From NCBI GenBank assembly GCA_965656375.1, contig CBFHKH010000001.1:217319-281318 (forward strand): a stretch of 64,000 nt of DNA, given 5' to 3'. A program made the translations under genes and the position numbers. The notes beneath the pieces are model-generated. The model did no database searches, was not told where the DNA came from, and worked only from the letters and a program-made list of their open reading frames with translations. Below, piece after piece: positions 1 through 9,414 of this stretch. The number at the start of each line of letters is the position of its first letter. Positions within the stretch are counted from its first letter, which is position 1. The stretch comes from Minisyncoccia bacterium. GTDB lineage: Bacteria; Patescibacteriota; Minisyncoccia; Phycocordibacterales; UBA9973.

Positions 1-33
1 AAGGCTAAAAAAGGGGTAAAAACTTCTGGAATT

Positions 34-513
34 GTGGTTGCTCTTTCTCGCGTTCAAAAGGAGCTCAAGAAAGTGAACCCACTCATACAGGACATAAAAA
101 TAAACAATATCACTACGAAGTCTCCTCTTTCTGAAATTGTATTTGAGAAAACACCAATCATACTATCAAAACTCTCTTCGTTGTATGAAAAAGTAAAAAC
201 ATCAAATGATGATTTTCTTACTATGACTCTCAGTACATCAGAAGTAACTGTTATCTGCTCAGACAAGATCAAAGATGCAGTACTGAAGCATTTTAAAGAC
301 ACTCCTCGTATGATTGAAAAAGGACTCGCATCGCTCGGGATTTCAATAGATCCTAAATACTATCCACTTCCAAATGTTACGTACTCTCTAATCCGACGAA
401 TTGCAAAGAAGCGAATTCCCCTTGCGGAGACGATCACCACTCATACAGAGATTATATTTATCTTTCACTCAAAGAATCTTGCAGAGGTGCTTCGCCTGTT
501 TCAGGCTGAATAA
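34..513 (+). CDS. hypothetical protein (may be 5'-truncated by window edge)
   Basis: 159-aa ORF with no recognisable motif. The reading frame may continue upstream of position 1. Confidence 0.4.
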   Translation: MVALSRVQKELKKVNPLIQDIKINNITTKSPLSEIVFEKTPIILSKLSSLYEKVKTSNDDFLTMTLSTSEVTVICSDKIKDAVLKHFKDTPRMIEKGLASLGISIDPKYYPLPNVTYSLIRRIAKKRIPLAETITTHTEIIFIFHSKNLAEVLRLFQAE

Positions 514-516
514 AAT

Positions 517-993
517 TTACTCCTCGTCCGAAAAATCAGAAAATAAAATTCCTTTCTTGTAATTCTCAATAGCAGAGTGCACTGAAGGAACCATATTTTG
601 TGGTAATTCGTTAATTGAGAACCATTGTAAATCATCACATTTATTTAGTTCCAGGTTTTTCGGTTCCCCTATCCAATTCTTTACTAAAAAGAATAAATCT
701 ATGTAGATAGATTTCCTATGCATTGTGTGAACTATTTCTATATCTTTAGGATTGAGCTCTACCCCTATCTCTTCTTTAGTCTCACGTAAAAGGGCTTCAA
801 TAATAGTTTCGTTTGACTCTAAATGGCCAGAAGGAAGGCCATAATTTCCATCCATCCAACCAGTATTAAAACGGCGAGAAAGAAGGATATTATTATCCCG
901 TATTAAAAGTAAATAAACTGCAACTTTAAGCTTGAGACGTTCTTTCATTTTGATAGTATCAGTATAGCAAAGCTTTGAACTTCTATTAAGCAA
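517..993 (-). CDS. NUDIX hydrolase
   Basis: Nudix box GHLESNETIIEALLRETKEEIGVEL (G-x5-E-x7-REUxEExGU). A more typical start MKERLKLK is at 948. Confidence 0.8.
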   Translation of the reverse strand: MLNRSSKLCYTDTIKMKERLKLKVAVYLLLIRDNNILLSRRFNTGWMDGNYGLPSGHLESNETIIEALLRETKEEIGVELNPKDIEIVHTMHRKSIYIDLFFLVKNWIGEPKNLELNKCDDLQWFSINELPQNMVPSVHSAIENYKKGILFSDFSDEE

Positions 994-1232
994 TAAAAAA
1001 GGGCCGGATCAAAATCCAGCCCCTAGCATATCTATGGCTAAAATATGCGTATTAGCCTATGGTAAAACAAAGCTTACAGTTATATCTTAAAACTAAAGTA
1101 GCATAGGTAGAAGCTTTTGTCAATAATATCGTTTTAATTCATGGAAAATAGTTATTTACATTCTCTGCTAACTTCTCATTTATGGAGTGATACAAACTGT
1201 TTAGTAATCTAGAACTTTGATATAATTCTTTC

Positions 1233-1913
1233 ATGAACAAAAATTTTAAGATCATAGACCTAACTCATCAACTTTCGCCAGAAATACCAACATGGGATGG
1301 GAGCTGTGGTTTTGAACTCGCTATTAATACCGATTACAAAGATTGTACTCCCCCAGATTTATTTCGTACGCAAAGAGTAAAATGTGGCGCTGGTATCGGT
1401 ACTCATATGGATGCACCGGCACATGTGAAAGAAGGAGGCATGACAATTGATGCATTAAATCTGGAAGCCCTCATAACAGATTGTGTTGTGATAGATGTAA
1501 GCACTGAAGCAGATGCGCACTATATGATCATGCCAGAGGTTATTGAAAAATTCGAAAAAGATCACGGAGAGATTAAACCAGACAGTTTTGTTATTTTCTA
1601 TACAGGTTGGGATATGCACTGGGAAAATAGACAAGACTATATTAATGATCATAGATTTCCAAGCGTAGATAAATCTACAGCACACCTTTTACTAAAGAGG
1701 AATATTAGAGGTCTTGGAATCGATACTCTTTCAGCTGATACAGGAGCAAATGGATTCCCAGTGCATCAAGCGATACTTGGTGCTAATAAATATCTGGTTG
1801 AGAATATTGCAAACGCAAAAGGATTACCTCCAGTCGGAGCAACATGCTTTGTGTTACCGATAAAGATAAAAGACGGAACTGAGGCCCCTATCCGACTAAT
1901 AGCTCTGGTATAA
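1233..1913 (+). CDS. putative cyclase / kynurenine formamidase-like (cyclase family protein)
   Basis: HMDAPAH metal-binding motif and overall similarity to the PF04199 cyclase family. Confidence 0.7.
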   Translation: MNKNFKIIDLTHQLSPEIPTWDGSCGFELAINTDYKDCTPPDLFRTQRVKCGAGIGTHMDAPAHVKEGGMTIDALNLEALITDCVVIDVSTEADAHYMIMPEVIEKFEKDHGEIKPDSFVIFYTGWDMHWENRQDYINDHRFPSVDKSTAHLLLKRNIRGLGIDTLSADTGANGFPVHQAILGANKYLVENIANAKGLPPVGATCFVLPIKIKDGTEAPIRLIALV

Positions 1914-1967
1914 ATAAAAATAACCACCCAGCCATACAGGAGAGTGGTTAAAATTTCTATTACAAAG

Positions 1968-2786
1968 TTAAAACACAAGTGCATCCCCTACTGAAATTGT
2001 TCCAGTGCCTTCAAAATTGAAGTTACGGGCAAATACAACACCATCATCAGTTTTCCTGTACTCTGAAAGAGTACGCAAGGGTTCTTTTCCTCGCTCGCCG
2101 GTCATCTGATTCGTTGTTGTGATAGGACAACGCACGCATAAATTCATACCAATGAACTGAACATCTCCAATTTTGAAATCAGGCAATGTATCCTCGGCAT
2201 ACGGTTCACAGCCTGTAATCACTATGTTGGGGCGAAATCTGTTCATTGGTAATGGTTCCTTCATGCGGCTATTTAAATCTGCAAGCGATGCATCCGAGAC
2301 AATGAGAAATGGATATGCATCTGCAAATGCTAAATTAGAATTACCAACTTTTGCTTTGCGATCGCCGGTATCTGGCATGCGTACGAGGCTGTATTTTCCC
2401 GGAACCTCTCGTGACAAGTATTCAGTTCCCCACTCTCTGGCTTCGTCTCCTTGGTCGATACCAAGATTTACAGAATCCCACACACGTGTTTTCCGGGCAT
2501 CTATTCCCTCATCTTTTAACGGTACTACTAATTGTGGCATATTGGGAGCGCTTAATATCAAACTATCATTCGTTATATGAGTTTGAATTAGACACATTGA
2601 TACAACACCTTTTACACCGATTTTAGGATACCCACGCTGGGCAACGAATGCACCAGCTTCATTAATAAACATCCATTGTCGGTCGTATGCTATACCCATC
2701 CTTCCTACAGTGGCATTTTGAAGAGATATACCACCGCAAGATTTTACAGGGTATACGTTGATTTCTGAAATACGTATCTTATCCAT
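1968..2786 (-). CDS. MOSC domain-containing protein (MOSC_N beta-barrel plus MOSC)
   Basis: N-terminal YPVKSCGG motif typical of MOSC_N. Length 272 aa. Confidence 0.7.
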   Translation of the reverse strand: MDKIRISEINVYPVKSCGGISLQNATVGRMGIAYDRQWMFINEAGAFVAQRGYPKIGVKGVVSMCLIQTHITNDSLILSAPNMPQLVVPLKDEGIDARKTRVWDSVNLGIDQGDEAREWGTEYLSREVPGKYSLVRMPDTGDRKAKVGNSNLAFADAYPFLIVSDASLADLNSRMKEPLPMNRFRPNIVITGCEPYAEDTLPDFKIGDVQFIGMNLCVRCPITTTNQMTGERGKEPLRTLSEYRKTDDGVVFARNFNFEGTGTISVGDALVF

Positions 2787-2822
2787 AGCTGTATGTTTAA
2801 AGTGAATTTAATTAAGAATTTC

Positions 2823-3161
2823 TTATCCGTTTGTTTCGCAGTATAGAATCCATTTCTTAGGATCCTGATCACCGTATTTTACTGTCGACTCATACGGTGC
2901 AGCTGGCAAATGATGATCTATTATTATCCCAGTGATAAGGCGTGCATATGCTAACAGCATATCGTAATCAATATCAGTAGGCTCACTAGACGGAAACAAC
3001 CCTCTCATCTCTTCTGCAATAGCTTTTAACGCAGGTACCCCAATTTCCTGAAGTGCTTTTCTCGCTTCTGAGCGTTCGATTTTTGTTTCTGTTTGGTGAG
3101 CATCATAAAAGATGTCTTTGGTGTATCTACCAACTACATCAGTGATTTCTTGAACTAGCAT
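2823..3161 (-). CDS. hypothetical protein
   Basis: 112-aa ORF with no motif. Co-oriented with the MOSC gene. Confidence 0.4.
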   Translation of the reverse strand: MLVQEITDVVGRYTKDIFYDAHQTETKIERSEARKALQEIGVPALKAIAEEMRGLFPSSEPTDIDYDMLLAYARLITGIIIDHHLPAAPYESTVKYGDQDPKKWILYCETNG

Positions 3162-3365
3162 AGAATTTATTTAATGGTGATTGTAATATCAAATAACTGT
3201 AATTAAACTGATATTACAATAAGTAGGATATTAGTCAATATTTAATTATGTACTACTTAGGGTTAATTTATTTGAACAAAATGTAAATCTGTGGGACTAC
3301 TAAGAGGCGCTTATGTATAATTAAAAATCTTTATTATTGAGAAGGTTTTTATTTTGATTCTTATC

Positions 3366-3394
3366 TTGACAAAATTTGTATAAATATGTATTAT
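3366..3394 (+). promoter_or_regulatory. sigma70-type consensus promoter TTGACA-N17-TATTAT
   Basis: TTGACA at 3366-3371, 17-nt spacer, TATTAT at 3389-3394 with TG immediately upstream. It lies 35 nt upstream of the 3429 ATG. Confidence 0.6.
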
Positions 3395-3428
3395 ATCTTT
3401 AAATTTTAAACCCAAAAAACTCTTTACC

Positions 3429-4262
3429 ATGACAGATAATAATTCAAGCAATGCATTCCGGTGCCCTTTTCAAATTAAGGGAGAAAAGGAAGGAACTATA
3501 ATTGAAGTTACTTTAGATGAAAATCGTGAATCAAGATTTAAACTAATTTCTGCAGCTTATAAAACATTTCATGAAAACACTAATCTGATATCGATTCGAT
3601 TCAGTATGCCTGCTTCCCTCTTAGAATCATGTGATTCTCTGGAAGGATTAAAAGCGTATATTGTGCCCTACCAAGCTGAAATATTAGGCGTAGAAATAGA
3701 TTATCGTTTAAATCCCTTTCTCCCCTATCAACTGGTTCACCATACAAGAGAAAGCATACAGCCTTTATATGAAAAGACACCATATAAATTTGCAACAGCA
3801 AACTACCTTTCCAAAGTTGTAAATGGTCACGGTTTTGAGCTAAATAAAATGGAAGATATTACGAGTTGGATAGAGTTTACGATATTACAAGCAATGATGG
3901 AAGGAGCAAAAAGCCCTGGTCTAATGATTGAAGATGAAAATCATATAACATTCCTTACAATAGCACCTGGAAGTATTACACTCCATCCTGAAGAGCATGA
4001 AGAAATTACTGGTCCTGGGAATAACAATAAGAATTGTTTTGGTATTGTTCTTAATCCCTTCTATCCTAAAGAATTTGCAAGATATAGTGAGAATATCCAA
4101 ATTGTTCTCTCAAGAATGAAGGATTTCTTTTCAATTTCCTTGGAACAAAGACAAAAGATTCGCTATAAGGCAAATCTTGTCTATAAAGAACATGGAGTTA
4201 AAATCAAAAACCTTCTGGAAGATCAACAACCAGCTGGAGTTTGGATTCCTGAGTATATTTAA
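3429..4262 (+). CDS. hypothetical protein (277 aa, soluble)
   Basis: Clean ORF bracketed by a consensus promoter and an intrinsic terminator. No motif recognised. Confidence 0.6.
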   Translation: MTDNNSSNAFRCPFQIKGEKEGTIIEVTLDENRESRFKLISAAYKTFHENTNLISIRFSMPASLLESCDSLEGLKAYIVPYQAEILGVEIDYRLNPFLPYQLVHHTRESIQPLYEKTPYKFATANYLSKVVNGHGFELNKMEDITSWIEFTILQAMMEGAKSPGLMIEDENHITFLTIAPGSITLHPEEHEEITGPGNNNKNCFGIVLNPFYPKEFARYSENIQIVLSRMKDFFSISLEQRQKIRYKANLVYKEHGVKIKNLLEDQQPAGVWIPEYI

Positions 4263-4282
4263 AATAATTGTGTTCAATATAG

Positions 4283-4317
4283 AAAAGCATTATCAACTGA
4301 TAATGCTTTTTATTTTT
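4283..4317 (+). terminator. rho-independent terminator
   Basis: AAAAGCATTATCA-ac-TGATAATGC stem followed by TTTTTATTTTTT. Confidence 0.7.
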
Positions 4318-4364
4318 TACCAATATTTGCTAAAATGCATACATTAATAGATAAAGGAAAATAT

Positions 4365-4778
4365 ATGTCATCAATTATTGCCCCAGTTCTCGTAGCAGCA
4401 GCCGCAAGTTTTATAGTAGGGTTTTTGTTCCATGGTCCCCTCTTTGGAAAAGTGTGGATGAAGCTTGCCAATATTACACCAACAGGGACGGAGAAGTTTT
4501 CTCAGATGATTCCCCAGATGGTGAAGAATTACATCGTAAACATCATCTCTGCATATGCACTTGCAATCATGATAAACGTGATTGCAGCGTTTATGAATAA
4601 TTTTGGAAATCCGTTTGTAGGAATGGAAGTCGCGTTTATCGTATGGCTTGGTTTTATTGTTACCTCATCTTCGTACGATGTTATTTGGATGGGCGGATCA
4701 AAGAAGTTATGGATGTTTGAAATGGCCTCATCCCTTGCTTCATTCCTGGCTATGGGTGCAATACTTGCTGCTTGGTAA
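4365..4778 (+). CDS. small integral membrane protein (DUF1761-like?)
   Basis: 3-4 predicted TM helices. AAAGGAAAA Shine-Dalgarno sits 8 nt before the ATG at 4365. The longest ORF starts at 4335. Confidence 0.55.
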   Translation: MSSIIAPVLVAAAASFIVGFLFHGPLFGKVWMKLANITPTGTEKFSQMIPQMVKNYIVNIISAYALAIMINVIAAFMNNFGNPFVGMEVAFIVWLGFIVTSSSYDVIWMGGSKKLWMFEMASSLASFLAMGAILAAW

Positions 4779-4794
4779 AAAGAAATAGAGATGT

Positions 4795-4822
4795 AAAAGA
4801 CCCTGCACGGGGTCTTTTTGTT
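4795..4822 (+). terminator. rho-independent terminator
   Basis: AAGACCC-TGCACG-GGGTCTT stem followed by TTTGTTT. Confidence 0.7.
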
Positions 4823-4927
4823 TAAACCAACTCCTAGAAGGTCTTTAGTTTTATTCTATTGACGGATAATTGTGAAATGGTAAATTGGAGAAAATCACAC
4901 GTTTTTTAAACCTTAAACTCACATACT

Positions 4928-5545
4928 ATGACAGAGAAACATCTTTTCTTTGATTGGGATGGTATGAAATTTAATACCATACATGCTCAAATCCATTATA
5001 TAAATAAAACATATGGATTAAAGATCACAGTTTCGGATTATATACAGCATAATTATGATCCGGTAAAACTGCTTCCGAGCTTTATTCCCAATTTTGATTT
5101 AACACCGCATGAGGTATATCTTGATTTTGGTAAGAATTTTCAAGCATCAATAGAAGCACATGAGAGGATAGAACCAATGCCTGGCATGTGTGAAGTTATG
5201 CCCTTGCTTTCAAAGCTCTACACTATCCATACTGTAACGGCACGTCAGACATTCACGTTACCAGTGATCGAGTATATACATGATAAATATATACCTGGAT
5301 GCGTCGCTAATATTCATTGTGTATATGAGCGGACTGATGATGATTATATCGCAATCCCTAAAAAGGAGTACATACGAAATGTTGAAGGTGAAAAGGTTGC
5401 ATTCTTTGATGATAATCATCATGAGATAAAAGATATGAAACATGTGATTCCGTCATACCTCTTTGATCCTCACAGCCTCTATAAAAGTAGCTTCGAGTAT
5501 TATCGTGTTAAAAGCTGGATGCGGATCTGGCAAATGTTAAAATAA
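4928..5545 (+). CDS. HAD-superfamily hydrolase-like protein (possible 5'(3')-deoxyribonucleotidase type)
   Basis: N-terminal FFDWDG (DxDG motif I), downstream T/S motif and FFDDNHHE (motif IV DD). Confidence 0.5.
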   Translation: MTEKHLFFDWDGMKFNTIHAQIHYINKTYGLKITVSDYIQHNYDPVKLLPSFIPNFDLTPHEVYLDFGKNFQASIEAHERIEPMPGMCEVMPLLSKLYTIHTVTARQTFTLPVIEYIHDKYIPGCVANIHCVYERTDDDYIAIPKKEYIRNVEGEKVAFFDDNHHEIKDMKHVIPSYLFDPHSLYKSSFEYYRVKSWMRIWQMLK

Positions 5546-5556
5546 AATATTTTTAT

Positions 5557-5587
5557 AAAAAGCGTTATCATTTGATAACGCTTTTTT
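5557..5587 (+). terminator. rho-independent terminator
   Basis: AAAAAGCGTTATCA-ttt-TGATAACGC stem followed by TTTTTT. Same hairpin family as 4283 and 43924. Confidence 0.7.
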
Positions 5588-5676
5588 AAATATACTTTTA
5601 GCATTCAATTCGTATTGTTTGATACAAAGAGCCAGTAAATATCTTTTCCACATGGTAGTTTGCATAACAAGGTACT

Positions 5677-6027
5677 ATGCTATATACTATAAATATGAAG
5701 CCACAGGAAACAGAAAATCAAAAGTCACAAATGAGAAAAGGAATTCTTGAGTTCTGCATACTTCTCAGTATCTCTCGGGAAAAAAAGTATGCCACTGAAA
5801 TTATCAATGAACTCAAAACTGCAGACCTTATTGTCGTTGAAGGGACACTGTATCCCCTCCTCTCTCGCTTGCGGAGCGCTGAGCTCTTAACCCATACCTG
5901 GGAAGAATCTCAATCTGGTCCGCCACGCAAGTATTACTCCCTCACTCAAAAAGGACAGGATACATTAATAAGCCTTAAAGAAACCTGGTCGACACTTACA
6001 AAGTCAATTACTCATCTCTCAAAATAA
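5677..6027 (+). CDS. PadR family transcriptional regulator
   Basis: RKGILEFCILLSI...YATEII...GTLYPLLSRL...YYSLTQKG matches the PadR wHTH. The likely start is an internal Met (5731). Confidence 0.8.
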   Translation: MLYTINMKPQETENQKSQMRKGILEFCILLSISREKKYATEIINELKTADLIVVEGTLYPLLSRLRSAELLTHTWEESQSGPPRKYYSLTQKGQDTLISLKETWSTLTKSITHLSK

Positions 6028-6030
6028 TTT

Positions 6031-7098
6031 ATGAAAAAAACAATTCCAACAAGCATATCTCATACAATATTTTATATAGAAATCGACGCCTATGAGAAGC
6101 TCGATCTCTATCTTTCTGAAATTCGTAAGTATTTCTCGAATTTCGCTGATAACAAGGATATCATCGAAGATATAGAAAATCGCATCGAGGAACAGCTCCT
6201 TGATCTGTGTTCAAAAGACAAAACAGATCGAATAGTTAAGAGCGAATATATAGATATACTTATAGCTTCTATGGGTAGACCAGAAGAGTTTGGAGCAGAT
6301 GAAGAAAATCAATCATCGGCTACATCGTCTGATGCACCTAAAACATTCCGTAAGAAGCTGTATCGAGATACAGATAATGCAATTATTGGTGGTGTCGCAT
6401 CAGGGCTCGCACAGTATTTCGGTATTGATCCTGTTATTGTTCGGGTACTCTTCTTTATAAGCGTTTTTCTAGGAGGATTTGGCATTATCTCATACCTCTT
6501 CCTTTGGTTTGCAGTGCCAGAAGCAAAGACTGCTACTGAGAAGCTTGAGATGGAAGGTAGTCCCGTGACTCTTAATGAAGTGAAAAAAATAATCGAAGAT
6601 AAAGTTGAAGAAATCAAAGGCAAAGATGGCTTTAAAAAAAGCACTGAAAGACTCCGTGAATTCTTTGTCCGTATGAGTTCCCTTTTCTTCGGAACATTCG
6701 GAAAGTTTATTGGCATTGCTCTTGGCATCGCTGCTCTTCTAGGAACGGTTGCTCTTGTAACAGGCCTCATTATTCTCGTGAGTGCTATTACCTTGCCGAT
6801 TCCTGGTATTACAGCGTTTTCGTTCTATGGTATTGTTGGTGTCGTATTTCTTCTCTGTCTTATTCCTATACTCTTTATTGGTTTAGCTGGACATGCACTT
6901 TTGCGGTCGAATAAATCTTCGTACAAAACTTTAATAGGTATTCTCGCTTTAATATGGATCCTTACAGCAATAGCTGCAACTGTTATTGGATTCCATGTAG
7001 TGCGGAAACGTGTTGTGTATGTAGATTCTATTGAGCACTATCGTATGCAGTACCTAGATGACCTGAGATTTGAAAGTAGCCCTCACTCAATCTATTAG
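6031..7098 (+). CDS. PspC domain-containing membrane protein
   Basis: DNAIIGGVASGLAQYFGIDPVIVRVLFFI is the PspC domain. Several TM helices. Gene starts 4 nt after padR (operon). Confidence 0.8.
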   Translation: MKKTIPTSISHTIFYIEIDAYEKLDLYLSEIRKYFSNFADNKDIIEDIENRIEEQLLDLCSKDKTDRIVKSEYIDILIASMGRPEEFGADEENQSSATSSDAPKTFRKKLYRDTDNAIIGGVASGLAQYFGIDPVIVRVLFFISVFLGGFGIISYLFLWFAVPEAKTATEKLEMEGSPVTLNEVKKIIEDKVEEIKGKDGFKKSTERLREFFVRMSSLFFGTFGKFIGIALGIAALLGTVALVTGLIILVSAITLPIPGITAFSFYGIVGVVFLLCLIPILFIGLAGHALLRSNKSSYKTLIGILALIWILTAIAATVIGFHVVRKRVVYVDSIEHYRMQYLDDLRFESSPHSIY

Positions 7099-7111
7099 CA
7101 ATTAAATATTT

Positions 7112-7146
7112 AAAACCGAACCGTAATGGTTCGGTTTTTGTTTTTC
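7112..7146 (+). terminator. rho-independent terminator
   Basis: AAACCGAACC-gtaat-GGTTCGGTTT stem followed by TTGTTTTT. Confidence 0.7.
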
Positions 7147-7219
7147 ATAGGTTTGACAATGCTTGATAAGAATTGTAATATCACACTAAACAAGTTTTTT
7201 AACTCTAAAACATACACCA

Positions 7220-8761
7220 TTGAAGAAACTAACAACCCGAATGACCGCCACATGGGTACTGGCACTATTCTTCAGTTTTTGCCTGCTTACGAAAGCACAG
7301 GCTCAAACTGATACTGTAACAGCACAAAATCGTGCGTTGGTACAAAGCTTAAAACCGGAAGCAGTATGGCAGCATTTTGCCACTCTGTGTTCAATTCCCC
7401 GGTGTCCGGGCAACGAGAAAGAAGTTGCGAAATTAATTTTTGACCTGGCATCTGCAAATCAATTGTATGCGTACGTGGACAAGATGAACAATGTACTGGT
7501 AAAGTTGCCAGCTACAAAGGGATATGAAAAACGCCCTTTCATTTGCATCCAGGGTCATTTGGATATGGTATGCCAGTCTAAAGACAATAGGGCAAATATT
7601 TTCCCTATTAAACTCATTAAGAGCGGCGACAGTATTTATGCAGGCAGTACAACGTTAGGAGCTGATGATGGCTTCGGCGTTGCCGCAATGATGGCACTCA
7701 TAAGTGAAACAGAGATTCAACATGGACCGCTGGAATTGCTTTTTACAGCACAAGAAGAAAATGGATTCGTTGGAGCAGAAGCATTCAATTATAAATTACT
7801 CAAAAGTAAAATAATATTGAATGTAGACTCTGAGGAAAAAGGAGTCATAACTATCGGCTGTGCCGGTGGTGCGGTAATGGAAACAGTTCTTGTTCCTAAA
7901 TTTATTTCTACTGTAAACCAAGGATCTGAAGTTGTGATTACAATTTCAAATTTACTTGGCGGGCATTCAGGCGGTGATATAAATTTAGGCCATGCCAATG
8001 CGATAACAGTACTAGCAGAACTCATCGTACATTTAAAACGTTTTGACATTGGCATTGTCGATATACAGGGTGGAACAGCGGTAAATGCTATTCCCCGTGA
8101 TTGCAAAGTTACTTTGTATGTGCCAACTAGTAACAATGTTGAATTCATTAATGAGTTCGCTCTCCAATCAAGGAGAATCCAGATAGCCTTCCCATTTGAG
8201 AAGCCACAGCTTTCAATACGTATGATAGAAAATTCTGAAAGGAAAAATAAGGTAATGAGTAAAGAGAGTGGGGAGAAATTGCTTAAAATCATTGCAGATC
8301 TACCGAATGGAGTTATTAGTATGGAAAACGGTAGCAGTGATTTGGTACGGACATCAAATAATGTTGGGATCATAGCCATGAGTGGAGATAGTGTATATAT
8401 GAGGACACTATTCCGTAGCTCATCGAACCAGCAAATTGATTCATTGATAAAAGCAGTAAAAGCAATCTGCAAAGGTCAGCCAACGAAATTACTTTTCAGA
8501 TTCTCCCCCTGGGAGCCAAATTTTAAAAGCCCATTGGTTGCAACTGGCATAACAGAGTATAAAAAACTTTTTGGGTATGAACCAAAAGTTTCAGTGACTC
8601 ACGGAGGGCTTGAAGCAGCACTTCTGTACAAGCTCATTCCCGGCGCACAGATTATCTCATTCGGGGCTCAAATTGACAGAGCTCATTCTCCGAGTGAATC
8701 TGTAGAAATACCGTCGGTGAATGATTCATGGAAGTTCTTACTTTCGATGATACAACGGTAA
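7220..8761 (+). CDS. pepD: M20 family metallopeptidase, PepD (aminoacyl-histidine dipeptidase)-like, with signal peptide
   Basis: QGHLDMV and GADDGFGVAAMMAL motifs of M20C/PepD. N-terminal signal MKKLTTRMTATWVLALFFSFCLLTKAQA. Confidence 0.75.
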   Translation: MKKLTTRMTATWVLALFFSFCLLTKAQAQTDTVTAQNRALVQSLKPEAVWQHFATLCSIPRCPGNEKEVAKLIFDLASANQLYAYVDKMNNVLVKLPATKGYEKRPFICIQGHLDMVCQSKDNRANIFPIKLIKSGDSIYAGSTTLGADDGFGVAAMMALISETEIQHGPLELLFTAQEENGFVGAEAFNYKLLKSKIILNVDSEEKGVITIGCAGGAVMETVLVPKFISTVNQGSEVVITISNLLGGHSGGDINLGHANAITVLAELIVHLKRFDIGIVDIQGGTAVNAIPRDCKVTLYVPTSNNVEFINEFALQSRRIQIAFPFEKPQLSIRMIENSERKNKVMSKESGEKLLKIIADLPNGVISMENGSSDLVRTSNNVGIIAMSGDSVYMRTLFRSSSNQQIDSLIKAVKAICKGQPTKLLFRFSPWEPNFKSPLVATGITEYKKLFGYEPKVSVTHGGLEAALLYKLIPGAQIISFGAQIDRAHSPSESVEIPSVNDSWKFLLSMIQR

Positions 8762-8783
8762 GATTTTAAAATAGTTTCATAAC

Positions 8784-8819
8784 AAATTGCATCTTGATTC
8801 ATTTCAAGATGCAATTTTT
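8784..8819. terminator. bidirectional intrinsic terminator between convergent genes
   Basis: AAATTGCATCTTGA-ttcatt-TCAAGATGCAATTT, a perfect 14-bp stem with A/T runs on both sides. Confidence 0.65.
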
Positions 8820-8828
8820 ACATGGTAT

Positions 8829-9305
8829 TTAATTTTGATCTACACATGCACCTTTCTTGAAAAGAGATAGCGGAGATGAAGCATCATACGTGATCGCGCT
8901 TGGATTTGTGAATCGAGTTCCTTCTTCATTCAAATCTCCATACCCTCTGATAAAATCATCGCCTGATTTTTTGAATATTACTTCCATGACTGACTGCATT
9001 CCTTCTGACTGGAATGTGTACTCTCCGAGAAGTATGTCATTCTTATATGTACCCGTATATATACCACTTGAGCTATCCTTCTCGAAGTTTTTGAATCTGA
9101 GTGTTCCAGAGAAATTTTCTCCATTCACTGTCTGGATATTGAGAGTGTATACATCCTTTAGAATAGTAGCTTGGTAGCATCCAACAATCGATGAAACTTG
9201 GTTCTCCGGTGGAGTATGTGTTACTGTATCCTTGCCTCGCATCCAAAAAGACACTCCAACAAGGACAATAACTATAACTACAATTATAATTCGCATTATT
9301 TTCAT
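8829..9305 (-). CDS. hypothetical N-terminally anchored/secreted protein
   Basis: N-terminal hydrophobic helix MKIMRIIIVVIVIVLVGVSFW. No motif. Confidence 0.5.
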   Translation of the reverse strand: MKIMRIIIVVIVIVLVGVSFWMRGKDTVTHTPPENQVSSIVGCYQATILKDVYTLNIQTVNGENFSGTLRFKNFEKDSSSGIYTGTYKNDILLGEYTFQSEGMQSVMEVIFKKSGDDFIRGYGDLNEEGTRFTNPSAITYDASSPLSLFKKGACVDQN

Positions 9306-9414
9306 ATAATTTATATTTTATTATATTAATATCTTACATTGTAGAAGACGAAATATAATACTAAATATTACCTAAAATTAAGATACCACTTACAATAAGT
9401 GGTATTTTAATTCA

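Noticed and set aside
4283-4317. Fur-box interpretation of the TTATCA..TGATAA hairpins
   Set aside because: The half-sites are in swapped orientation relative to the Fur consensus GATAATGATAATCATTATC, and the elements sit at gene 3' ends with U-tracts. They are more simply terminators.
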